64,000 nucleotides of DNA from Octopus sinensis (lineage: Eukaryota). This document shows positions 50,070 through 62,134 of the stretch, piece by piece. Under the pieces are notes generated by a model that saw only the letters and a program-made list of their open reading frames with translations, was not told the origin of the DNA and did no database searches. The stretch spans positions 155,558,001-155,622,000 of the forward strand of contig NC_042997.1 of the NCBI RefSeq assembly GCF_006345805.1. The letters run 5' to 3'. Each line of letters starts with the position of its first letter. The stretch's first letter is position 1. The translations under genes were made by a program, and so were the position numbers.

Positions 50070-51694
50070 GAGAGAAAATCAAGTGTAGTGTTGGCGAATC
50101 TCAGGAAGCATGGAAGTTTTGAAGGATGCAGTGCTCCGACAACTAACAACCGATGCCGGCAGTTTGTTCCATGCTTCTACAACTCTCAGCATGAAAAAAT
50201 GTTTCCTGAAGTCATGGGAGCTGTGCTGTTTTCTTACTTTGTAAATATGTCCACGGGTGTTAGATGGGTGGAGTTTGAAGAGGTGCTCAGAGTTATTGTT
50301 TGTACAATGGTTGATAATTTTATGGGTGTCTGCCAAGTCAGCTGCCAGACGTCGGAGTTTCAATGTGTCCATGCCCAGGGAAGTAAGGCGTTCAGGATAT
50401 GGCAAATGCCTGATGGAGGGTATTCTTTTGGTTGCACGTCGCTGAACAACTTCCAGACAATTGATATCCTGGGCAAGATAGGGGTTCCAGACCGGTGATG
50501 CAACTTCCAGGTGAGGTCTTACCATAGCTATATAAAGCCGCAGATAGATAGCCGGAGAGCGGCTCAGGATTTGGTGAGTGATGCCAAGACACCCTCAGCC
50601 TTCTTGACAATTTTAGCGATGTGTTTTGTCCAACGCAAATCACTGTCGACAATAACACCCAAGTCACGATCATATGAAGACTTTTTGAGACTAGTGTTGT
50701 GGAGGGAGTAGGTGGACGCTGGGTTTCTCCTCCCAAAATGCATGGTGGTACATTTGTCCACAGCCAGCTTGAGTTGCCAGTCCATGATCCACTGCTGCAT
50801 TGTGTCCAGGTCTGCTTGCAATAGAGATCTATAGTGTACAGGATTTGACCTCTTTATTTCGAGGTACAGCTTGATGTCATCTGCATATTTCAGCACTGTG
50901 GCATTCTTTAAGTTGGCATCTATGTCATTAACATAAGCAACAAATAAAAGGGGGCCAAGAACAGATCCCTGTGGTACACCAGATGCCATCTCATAGGGTG
51001 AAGAGTGCTGTCCTAGAACTGTGACAACCTCTTTTCAGCTGAAAATAAAGGACTTTAACCAGTTATAGAGTTCGTCTCTTACACCCAACGCAGAAAGCTT
51101 CACCATAAGTCTTTTGTGTGGCACAGAGTTAAAAGCCTTAGCAAAGTCCAGGTAAACAACATGTGCTGCTGGTGGTGCTGGTGGTGCTGGTGGTGGTGCT
51201 GGTGGTGCTGGTGGTGGTGGTGGTGGTGCTGGTGGTGCTGGTGGTGCTGGTGCTGGTGTGTGGTTCTGGTGCTGGTGGTGGTGTTGGTGGTGCTGGTGGT
51301 GGTGCGGGGGGTGCTGGTGGTGCTGGTGCTGGTGCTGGTGCTGGTGGTGCTGGTGCTGGTGCTGGTGCTGGTGGTGTGGTGCTGGTGCTGGTGCTGGTGG
51401 CTGGTGTGCTGGTGGTGGTGTTGGCTGGTGGTGGTGTTGTGGTGCTGGTGGTGCTGGTGGTGCTGGTGGTACTGGTGGTGGTGTTGGTGGTGCTGGTGGT
51501 GCTGGTGGTGCTGGTGGTGCTGGTGCTGGTGCTGGTGCTGGTGGTGCTGGTGCTGGTGCTGGTGCTGGTGGTGCTGGTGCTGGTGGTGGTGGTGCTGGTG
51601 GTGGTGTTGGTGGTGCTGGTGCTGGTGGTGCTGGTGGTACTGGTGGTGCTGGGGTGTGCTAGTGGTGCTGGTGATGCTGGTGGTGGTGGTGGTA

Positions 51695-51726
<32 letters not shown>

Positions 51727-51785
51727 GGTGCTGGTGGTGGTGCTGGTGGTGGTGCTGGTGCTGGTGCTGGTGCTGGTTGTGGTGC

Positions 51786-51816
<31 letters not shown>

Positions 51817-52400
51817 GCTGGTGCTGGTTGTGGTGCTGGTGGTGGTGCTGGTGGTGCTGGTGGTGGTGCTGGTGGTGCTGGTGCTGGTGGTGCTGGTGCT
51901 GGTGGTGCTGGTTATGGTGGTGCTGGTGCTGGTGCTGGTGCTGGTGGTGCTGGTGGTGCTGGTGCTGGTGGTGCTGGTGCTGGTGGTGCTGGTGCTGGTG
52001 GTGCTGGTGCTGGTGCTGGTGCTGGTGGTGCTGGTGCTGGTGGTGCTGGTGCTGGTGGTGGCTGGTGCTGGTGGTGCTGGTGCTGGTGGTGCTGGTGCTG
52101 GTGGTGCTGGTGCTGGTGCTGGTGGTGGTGCTGGTGCGTGCTGGTGGTGCTGGTGGTGCTGGTGCTGGTGGTGCTGGTGCTGGTGGTGCTGGTGCTGTGC
52201 TGGTGCTGGTGGTGCTGGTGCTGGTGGTGCTGGTGCTGGTGGTGCTGGTGCTGGTGGTGGTGCTGTGCTGGTGGTGCTGGTGGCTGGTGGTGCTGGTGCT
52301 GGTGCTGGTGGTGCTGGTGCTGGTGCTGGTGCTGGTGGTGCTGTTGACGATGACAACAAAGGCAGCAATGATATCCTTTAAACAAAGGAATTGACCTTTG
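50070..52400 (-). mobile_element. CR1-clade LINE RT remnant split by a triplet expansion
   Basis: VYLDFAKAFNSVPH, GVPQGSVLGPLLF, YADDIKLY, DLGVIVDSDL and VRPHLEVASPVWNPY..LEVVQRRATK motifs; stops and frameshifts. Confidence 0.9.
51163..52345. repeat. ~1.18-kb (TGG/TGC)n compound trinucleotide expansion
   Basis: Direct reading; bounded by GTGCTG on both sides within the CR1 RT. Confidence 0.95.
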
Positions 52401-52699
52401 TGTGTTGTCACTACTGAATATACTAATTCTAATGATTAGAAAAAGGAGAAGTTGACCTCAGTGAAGTTTGAACTCAGAAACATGAAACATTTTAAGGTAG
52501 CCACTTTGTTTTTATTCAGGACTCACCCACTTGTCTCAGTTTAAAGAAAATTTGTAAAGTAATGTATAGTAAATTTAGTTCATTAGAGGAGTGAAATGTT
52601 ACACTGTCTGGGCGGAGTGTATTATATTTGTGTGTGAGTATGTGCATACATAAATGCATATAATATATATATAATGATGATGATATATAAGTATGTATT

Positions 52700-52717
52700 A
52701 TTAATAATCAGCACATC

Positions 52718-52790
<73 letters not shown>

Positions 52791-52915
52791 CATATTATAT
52801 ATAAAGATATATATATATCAATATAGATTATATATATTATGATATATATATATTATATATATCTTTATATATATTATATATACATCATATATATATATAA
52901 TATAATATATATCTT

Positions 52916-52946
<31 letters not shown>

Positions 52947-52965
52947 CATACATATATATATATAA
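52700..52965. repeat. Degenerate (TA)n tract
   Basis: Direct reading. Confidence 0.9.
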
Positions 52966-53199
52966 ATATAAAATATTATTAGAGACAAAACCACTATTTT
53001 GCAAAACAAACAAGGAAAGACTTAATCATCATCATCATCATCATCATCATTTAGCGTCCGTTTTCCATGCTAGCATGGGTTGGACGGTTCAACTGGGGTC
53101 TGGGGAGCCCGAAGGCTGCACCAGGCCAGTCAGATCTGGCAGTGTTTCTACAGCTGGATGCCCTTCCTAACGCCAACCACTCCGAGAGTGTAGTGGGTG

Positions 53200-55460
53200 A
53201 TTTTATGTGCCACCGACACAGGTGCCAGACGAGGCTGGCGAACGGCCACGCTCGGATGGTGTTTTTATGTGCCACGACACAGGTGCCAGACGAGGCTGGC
53301 AGACGGCCACGCTCGGATGTGTTTTTTTATGTGCCACCGACACAGGTGCCAGATGAGGCTGGCGGACGGCCACGATCGGATGGTGTTTGTTACGTCCCCA
53401 AAGCACGGAGGCCAGTCTATGCGGTACTGGCTACGGCCACGTTCGGATGATTTTCTTGTGTGCCACCGGCACTGGTACCACAAAGATACAAATTCCATTG
53501 ATGTTCATCTATTTTGATTTTTTGATTTGATTTGATTTTCACTTGCCTCAACAGGTCTTCACAAGTGTCACAAGAAGGAAGGTATGCACAGGTGGACTGA
53601 CTACGTCCCAGGTAGGGGCCACGGGTTATGGCCTGACTAGTCTTGCCGGTCTTCGGATGGTGTTTTTATGTGCCACCGACACAGGTGCCAGATGAGGCTG
53701 GCGAACGGCCACGATCGGATGGTGTTTGTTGCGTGCCCACAGCACGGAGGCCAGTCGATGCGGTACTGGCTACGGCCACGTTCGGATGGTTTTCTTGTGT
53801 GCCACCGGCACTGGTACCACAAAGATACAAATTCCATTGATGTTCATCTATTTTGATCTGATTTGATTTGATTTTCACTTGCCTCAACGGTCTTCACAGG
53901 TCTTCACAAGTGTCACAAGAAGGAAGGAAGGTATGCACAGGTGGACTGACTACGTCCCAAGTAGGGGCCACGGGTTATGGCCTGACTAGTCTTGCCGGGT
54001 CTTCGGTTGGTGTTTTTTGTGCCACCGACACAGGTGCCAGATGAGGCTGGCGGACGGCCACGATCGGATGGTGTTTGTTATGTGCCCACATCACAGAGGC
54101 AGTCGATGCGGTACTGGCTACGGCCACGTTCGGATGGTTTTCTTGTGTGCCACCGGTACTGGTACCACAAAGATACAAATTCCATTGATGTTCATCTATT
54201 TTGATTTGGTTTGATTTGATTTGATTTGATTTGATTTTGATTTTCACTTGCCTCACAGGTCTAACAAGTGTCACACACTTGCCTCAACAGGTCTTCACAA
54301 GTGTCATAAGTAGGAAGGTATGCACAGGTGGACTGACTACGTCGCTGGGTCTTCGGATGGTGTTTTTATGTGCCACCGACACAGGTGCCAGATGAGGCTG
54401 GCGAACGGCCACGATCGGATGGTTTTCTTGTGTGCCACCGGTACTGGAACCACAAAGATACAAATTCCATTGATGTTCAACTATTTTGATTTGGTTTGAT
54501 TTTCACTTGCCTCAACAGGTCTTCACAAATGTCACACGTGTCACACACTTGCCTCAACAGGTCTCCACAAGTGTCACACACTTGCCTCTGCCTCAACAGA
54601 TCTTCACAAAGTGTCACACACTTGCCTCTGCCTCAACAGGTCTTCACAAGTGTCACACACTTGCCTCAACAGGTTTTCACAAGTGTCATAAGAGGGAAGG
54701 TATGCACAGGTGGACTGACTACGTCTTCGGGTCTTCGGATGGTGTTTTTATGTGCCACCGACACAGGTGCCAGATGAGGCTGGCGAACGGCCACGATCAG
54801 ATGGTGTTTGTTGTGTCCACAGCACGGAGGCCAGTCGATGCGGTACTGGCTACGGCCACATTCGGATGGTTTTCTTGTGTGCCACCGGTACTGGAACCAC
54901 AAAGATACAAATTCCATTGATGTTCATCTATTTTGATTTGGTTTGATTTTCACTTGCCTCAACAGGTCTTCACAAGGGTCACACACTTGCCTCAACAGGT
55001 CTCCACAAGTGTCACACACTTGCCTCTGCCTCAACAGGTCTCACAAGTGTCACACTTGCCTCAACAGGTCTTCACAAGTGTCATAAGAGGGAAGGTATGC
55101 ACAGGTGGACTGACTATGTCGCCGGGTCTTCTGGATGTGTCTTTATGTGCCACCGACACAGGTGCCAGATGAGGCTGGCGAACGGCCACGATCGGATGGT
55201 GTTTGTTGTGCCTACAGCACGGAGGCCAGTCGATGCGGTACTGGCTACGGCCACGTTTGGGTGGTTTTCTGTGTGCCACCGGCACTGGTACCACAAAGAA
55301 TACAATTCCACTGATGTTCATCTATTTTGATTTGTTTTGATTTGATTTTCACTTGCCTCAACAGGTCTTCATAAGTGTCACAAGAAGGAAGGTATGCACA
55401 GGAGGACTGACTACGTCCCAGGTAGGGGCCACGGGTTATGGCCTGACTAGTCTTGCCGGG
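53200..55460 (-). repeat. Hierarchical tandem array in the RTE 3' UTR
   Basis: Six ~340-400-bp units (marker AATTCCA(T/C)TGATGTTCA at ~53490, 53831, 54179, 54463, 54910, 55303) with ~31-bp and ~60-bp sub-repeats. Confidence 0.9.
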
Positions 55461-58400
55461 TCTTCTCACGCACAGCATACTTCCATAGGTCTCGGTCTCT
55501 AGACATTTCCTTAGTGAGACCTAAAGTTCGAAGGTCGTGCTTCACCACCTCGTCCCAGGTTTTCCTGGGTCTACCTCTTCCACAGGTTCCCTCAACTGCT
55601 AGGGTGTAGCACTTTTGCACACAACTATCTTCAGCCTTTCTCGTCACATGACCATACCAGCGCAGCCGTCTCTCTTGCACGCCACAACAGACGCTTCTTA
55701 GGTTCAACTTTTCTCTCAAGGAACTTACACTCTGACGATTATGAACACTGACATTACACCTCCATCGGAGCATACTGGCTTCATTTCTTGCGAGCTTACG
55801 CATATCCTCAGCAGTCACGGCCCATGTTTCACTACCATGTAGCATGGCTGTACGTACACATGCATCATACAGTCTGCCTTTTACTCTGAGCGAGAGGCCT
55901 TTTGTCACCAGCAGGGGTAAGAGCTCTCTAAACTTTGCCCAGGCTATTCTTACTCTAGCAGTTACACTTTCAGCACCCCCACCCCCGCTACTGACTTGGT
56001 CTCCTAGGTAGCGGAAGCTATCAACTACTTCTAGTTTGTCTCCCTGGAACGTGGCAGAAGTTGGTCTCTGCACATTTCCAGTGTTTATTGCTCCTGAGCA
56101 TTTGCCACAGACAAAAACTATTTTCCTAGTTAGCCTTCCTTTGACATTGCTGCACCTCTTATGTGTCCATAGCTTACACTTGGTGCATCTTATAGAGTTT
56201 CTACCTACACCTTTTTTACAGATCGAGCAGGGCCATCTACCTGAAGGCGTTTGTGATTGATCTACCTTCCTACTTATTAGGACTTTGGTTTTGGCTAGGT
56301 TGATTCTAAGGCCCTTCGATTCTAATCCTTGTTTCCACACCTGAACTTCTCTCCAGTTCTGATAGTGACTCAGCAATTAGAGCAAGGTCATCAGCATAGA
56401 GGAGCTCCCAGGGGCAACCTGTCTTGAATTCCTCCGTTATTGCCTGGAGGACTATGATAAATAGGAGGGGACTGAGGACTGAACCTTGGTGGACCCCAAC
56501 CTCTACCCGGAATTCTTCACTGTACTCGTTGCCAACCCTCACCTTACTAGCAGCGTCTCTGTACATGGCTTGCACAGCTCTCACCAACCATTCTTCTATC
56601 CCTAGTTTCCTCATTGACCACCAGATAAGGGATCGGGGGACCCTATCAAAGGCTTTCTCCAAGTCAACAAAAGCCAGGTACAAGGGCTTATCTTTGGCTA
56701 GGTATTTCTCCTGCAGCTGTCTTACCAGGAATATAGCATCAGTAGTACTTTTCCCTGGCACGAACCCAAACTGCATATCATCTAAGCTAACTCTCTCTCT
56801 AATTAGTTGGGCTATAACCCTCTCCGTAACCTTCATTACCTGATCCAGCAGCTTGATGCCCCTGTAGTTATTTGTCTCTAGGGCGTCGCCTTTACCTTTG
56901 TAGCAGTTGACTATTATGCTGCTACACCAGTCATTGGGTATGACCCCCTCGTGTATCACCTGGTTAACTATACGGGTGACTAAGCTATAGCCGACACCAC
57001 CAGATATTTTGAGCATCTCTGCAGTAATTCCTGATGGGCCTGGGGCTTTCCCTGTTTTCATGCTTCTAATTGCCTTATCTACTAAGGAACTGTTAACTCG
57101 GATTGCTGGTCCCTCTGTTGGGTCGACATTCGGCAGACTCTCTTTATCCCATTCATTTTCTTCATTCAGCAACCTATCACAGTGGCGTCTCCAAGCCTCT
57201 CTCTTTGCATCCTCATTAAGCGCAAGTGAACCGTCATCCTTGCGAACACATTTCTCTCCTACCACGTCACGATTCTCTCTCACACACTGTCTTGCAACAC
57301 GAAATACCTCAAGTCTTTCATCCTCACGACGCGCAGGACATTGGCAAATTTTTCCTTATCTGCCTCCCCTCTGGCTAGATAGACCTGTCTCCTGGCTTCC
57401 CTTCTGGCAGACTGATACACTTCCCTGTTACCACCGTTCTTCCAGGCCTTCCAAGCCTGTTTCTTTTGTCTAATAGCCCTGTCAACAATATTGTTCCACC
57501 ACCACGTTATTTTGGTCTTAAGGGGACTTTGCACCAGCCACAGATCTGGTCAGCGGCTTTCAGCAGGTTGTCCCTCAGAAGCGTCCAGTTGTCTTCTACC
57601 CCATGCGTAGCTATACTCTCCCTTCCATTTCGTCTAAGGCTTCAAATAACATCTCTCTAAATCTCTGTCCATTCGCAGGTCTTTAAGCTTCCAGACCCTT
57701 CTTCTCCATGTTGGTCGTCTTCTAGTCGCCCTCTTAGTCCTGATCCTAAAGTCACTAACTACCAGTCTATGTTGTGGGGTGCATTCTTCACCTGGGAAGG
57801 TTTTGGCATTTATAAGCAGCCATCTTTCCCTTTTTCTGGCAAGGATGTAGTCGATTTGGCTAGTATGCCGGCCCGATCGGTAGGTGACCAGGTGGCTTGT
57901 CGGTTTCCTGAAGTTAGTGTTGCAAATCATAAGACTATTCGCATCGCAGAACTCCAGCAGCCTGGTTCCCTCTTCGTTGCGGGAACCATAACCGTAGCCT
58001 CCATGCACGCCATGGGAGCCCCCAGCACATCGTCCAACATGCCCATTGAAGTCACCAGCCACAAAGAGAAGGTCCCTGTCGTTCGTCAATGATGTGGTCT
58101 GCAGTAGGGTGTCATAGAAACAGTCTTTCTGTCCATCAGGTAGCCCTGGCTGAGGGGCATAGGCCGATATAATAGTTGCTAAACTATGGTGGAGCACTAA
58201 TCTAATCTTAATTATTCTGTCACTTACTCTGACTACCTCGATTACCTTATCTACCCATTTTTCGGCGATAAGCATGCCCACACCCCCGACTCCGTCAGTA
58301 TTCCCAGCCCAGAAAATCTTGTACCTCTGTCCTTTGCCTGTGAGGAACCTAGCAGAACTCCTCCTCTCCACCTCACTTCTTGAATGCAGCATATATCAAC

Positions 58401-58560
58401 CCACCTCCGTTCAAGCAATTCAACTATCTCGCCAGATCTGCCTTTCAGTGTGCCAACGTTGAGGGTGCCAACCCTGAGGCTGTGGGTGGGGGTGGAAGTG
58501 GTATTGGTCCTAATAGCGTCATGGACCTGAAAAGAAAACTCGCGTTTGGCAGTATTCATA
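55447..58560 (-). pseudogene. RTE APE-RT polyprotein, frameshifted (about 4 lesions)
   Basis: LRVGTLNVGTL..DICCIQEVRW, SAYAPQ, VAGDFNGHVG, SQIDYIL, QHRLVV (APE); NYRGIKLL, QFGFVPG, AFVDLEKAFDRVPR, GVHQGSVLSPLLF, LLYADDL, GLRINLAKTKVL, FRYLG (RT). Confidence 0.9.
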
Positions 58561-59744
58561 GACAAACAATAGAACTTAAGTTCAAACCTCGTACACAACA
58601 CTAAACATATCTTGCAATGACTGACCACTACCTTTTATGGAAGGAGGTGGGGGTGGCGTAAGACTTTGAAGTGTATAAGGGAGACAAGGATGAGAAAATT
58701 TAGGACTTCCTGTACCGGGGGTGGGGGTGGGACGGTGGGTGCACCGCGAAAACCGGGCGGCAGCCATTCCTTTCTTAGGAGAGAAATAGTTATTAGTAGC
58801 TATAAATACCCAAATTTTGCCTAATCTATGGGAGAAGCGTGAACGATAAGGAGCTATAAATTATAAATACATTTATTCTATATCTACGAGGCGTGAGACT
58901 GATCGATAAAATAAAATTAGGGGCAAGCTTTAAGATTAAATATATATTTAACACAAGACATGAGACAACGATATATAATTAAGATGAACTATAGAATTAT
59001 ATGTACATATAAAAAAGACACAAGGCGTGAGGCTAAATTTCACAAGTCATAACAATAATACTAATAGAGATAAAACAGGGCTAACTAAGGCGTGAGGCTA
59101 AATTTCACAAGTCATAACAATAATATTAATAGAGATAAAACAGGGCTAACTAAAAGATCAGATCAGTTGCAGATAGTTAAGTAGGTACACGGGTTGAAAT
59201 TAAATATAGATTGCTTAGCTTGGATTCATTTTTCGTATTTCGTATTTTTCGTAGGGAGTCGGATAACAGTCTGAATTCAAGTGAGGCCGTTAAAATCAGT
59301 CGCTGGTTTATATGCATATAGGGTGGCGGAGAAGGGGGCCGAATGGCGATCGAAAGAGATATAAGACAATTGAAGAGGAACGAGGGGGGGGGTCGTGGCC
59401 CGCCAAGAATCGGCCGGCAGCCATTCTTCCTTCCTTGGGAGAGAAATAGTTATTAGTAGCTATAAATACCTAAATTTTGCCTAATCTATGGGAGAAGCGT
59501 GAACGATAAGGAGCTATAAATTATAAATACATTTATTCTATATCTACGAGGCGTGAGACTGATCGATAAAATAAAATTAGGGGCAAGCTTTAAGATTAAA
59601 TATATATTTAACACAAGACATGAGACAACAATATATAATTAAGATGAACTATAGAATTATATGTACATATAAAAAAGACACAAGGCGTGAGGCTAAATTT
59701 CACAAGCCAATACATAAAATTTTAATAAATAGTCAAAAAAACCG

Positions 59745-59787
59745 CCACTACAATTGTTTCTTGTCTTGATCGACAATCTTCAGGTGG
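59745..59787 (-). ncRNA. Mirror copy of the hammerhead motif
   Basis: Exact reverse complement of 59848-59890. Confidence 0.8.
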
Positions 59788-59847
59788 ACTTCCAATAAGT
59801 CAGTTTCAAATTATGACTTCATAATTTGAAACTGACTTATTGGAAGT

Positions 59848-59890
59848 CCACCTGAAGATTGTCGATCAAGACAAGAAACAATTGTAGTGG
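59848..59890 (+). ncRNA. Minimal type I hammerhead ribozyme motif
   Basis: CCAC-CTGAAGA-TTGTC(GATCAA)GACAA-GAAAC-AATT-GT-A-GTGG: all core nucleotides, 4-bp stem I, 5-bp stem II, palindromic ACAATTGT stem III. Confidence 0.8.
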
Positions 59891-60066
59891 CGGTTTTTTT
59901 GACTATTTATTAAAATTTTATGTATTGATTAAGTCTTTCCTTGTTTGTTTTGCAAAATAGTGGTTTTGTCTCTAATAATATTTTATAATATTTTACTATA
60001 AAATTGGATTTAATCCTAAATCTGATTTTTTCCCTGTAAATTTGGATTTATTCCCTAATATTTATT

Positions 60067-60126
<60 letters not shown>

Positions 60127-60136
60127 TATACATATA

Positions 60137-60794
60137 CAGGGTGCGGTGAATAAATTGTTACCTAGTTAATGCTAAAATGAAAATAACACTGACATCTCAT
60201 TTTAACAGATATAATTACAAAAATTACATAAAAATATGTAAATTTATTCAATAAAATCGCCATTGGCTTCAACCACGGCCTCCAGATGACTTCAGAATCT
60301 CTGCAACTCTTCTGGATGGTCTCCTTGTTTAGTTGGTGAATGCTGCCATAATCCTTGCCTTCAGTTCATCTTTGGTTCACAAGGAGTTTTGTTATTCTCT
60401 CATTCAGATGTGCCCCACACATAATAATTAAGGGGGTACCAGTCTGGGGAGTTAGGTGGCCAGATGTTAGGGGTGATGTGATCGCATAAATTGCCTGACA
60501 GCCATGACTGGATTCTCCTGCATGTGTGGCATAATGCAGAGTCCTGTTGCCAGACATAGGGTCTTCCAGCAGCCAGCCACTTGACCCAGGGCAGCACTAC
60601 CTCCTCCAGGCACTTGATGTAGGCCTCCGTGTTGAGTCTGAGGCTGTATGAGAAGATAAATGGAGGCATAACATTGCTCCCACTAGTGATCACTCCAAAC
60701 ACCATGATTTTGACTGGATGTTTCATTTGATCACTCTTGGTACATGCGTAAAATTAAAACTATAAAATGCCGACAATTTACCCATCACACCCTG
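60137..60794 (-). mobile_element. Internally deleted maT/DD37D-type Tc1/mariner element
   Basis: TA-flanked TIRs CAGGGTG..G..G..TAAATTGT. WQQDSALCHT..WPPNSPDWYPLNYYVWG has 37 residues between the second D and the third (mutated) position. Confidence 0.8.
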
Positions 60795-60808
60795 TATTTA
60801 TATATATA

Positions 60809-60869
<61 letters not shown>

Positions 60870-61113
60870 TAAAAACGGTAAGATAACAAAAGAAAGAAAG
60901 AGACCTCAATATTATGTAAATAGAGGAATTTATCTGTAAAAATAATATGTGACAATTGCTCAGTAGCCAAGATAAAACTCTGAGTTTCAGATGCTGAAGA
61001 GATGGTGGTGTGGATTTCCACCTCGGCATTTGAAACTCAGAGTTTTATCTTGGCTACCGAGTAATTGTTACATATTATTTTTACAGATATATATATCATG
61101 ATGATGATTCTGA

Positions 61114-61159
<46 letters not shown>

Positions 61160-62134
61160 TTTGTAGAAAACATAAATCTGGAGAAATACACTCTAGGATG
61201 CAGAGCAGTGTATATTTTAAAAACCAGGGAAGGCCAGTTTATGGGATTACCCTGGGTTTCCCATTCATAAAGGGTTTAGCTTTATGGCGTATTGTCAGAC
61301 CCCAAAACCTGATGGCCTCAGACCTCTTCAAAATATGGAGGGGGAAAGGCCTCGCTATGAAGGAAAAACAATAGTGGATTATTTCCCTATTGTAGTGAGG
61401 CCTTTCCCCCTCCATATTTTGAAGAGGTTGTAGGCCAACAGGTTTTGGGCTCTCATGATATGCCATAAACTGGCCTTCCCCATTTGTTAATATATATATA
61501 TATATATATATATACATACACACACACATGCATATACATATATGAATATATACATATACATGTGTGTGTGTGTGTGTGTGTATGTTTATGTTTGTGTAGG
61601 TATGTGTGTATATATAAGGGTGTGGAAACTACTGAAACTAAAACGTTTATGTAACAAAAGCTAAAGTACTCCGGTACAATAAGAACAATTGAATTTTAAA
61701 TTGTTTATTATTATATTTATAACAGGGATTTGACAGTCTCTTATCATTAAACTCATTGTTGTATTCATATGTTAACTGTACAAGTTGTGCATGAGTGACT
61801 TATAAAGGTTGTTAACTGGATACATGAATATGAGAAGGAAAGTGACAAAACTAGACTAGAAGACACTCCTTTGTTATGTAATTGCGGCTATATGAGCCAA
61901 TGATAACACGTCTTTATTTCGTAATTCACCCTGGTAAACAACAGCCGCCAAAACATTTTTTAAACTATTTCCTGTTTTCTCTGAATAAAAAAATGATACA
62001 TTACCACCATGAACCAATATATTGTTTCGAGAATCACTATCATTATCATACCATAGGTAACTATACATATCGGGAGAAAATTGTGTGTGTGTGTGTTGTG
62101 TGTGTGTGTGTGTGTGTGCGCGCATGTGTGTGTA

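Larger units (their letters stand above)
53029..59707 (-). mobile_element. Near-full-length RTE-clade LINE (APE-RT) with (GAT)n tail, tandem-amplified 3' UTR and duplicated 5' block
   Basis: Single interrupted ORF from ~58560 to 55447 with EN and RT motifs; (ATC)n at 53029-53049 on the plus strand. Confidence 0.92.
59708..59927. mobile_element. Perfect palindrome (109-bp arms, 2-nt loop), Penelope-like inverted terminal repeat pair
   Basis: 59708-59816 is the exact reverse complement of 59819-59927; the right arm continues to 59987 and pairs with 52967-53027. Confidence 0.85.

Noticed and set aside
51100-52411. 400-aa elastin/silk-like or mucin-like protein gene
   Set aside because: All frames are open only because the triplet repeat lacks stops, and it interrupts a CR1 RT relic.
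58680-58790. HDV-like ribozyme in the RTE 5' UTR (known for some RTE elements)
   Set aside because: I could not assemble the nested double pseudoknot by eye; it needs an RNArobo/Infernal search.
60990-61050. Complete hammerhead ribozyme
   Set aside because: Core words are present, but stems I and II do not pair in the required register.
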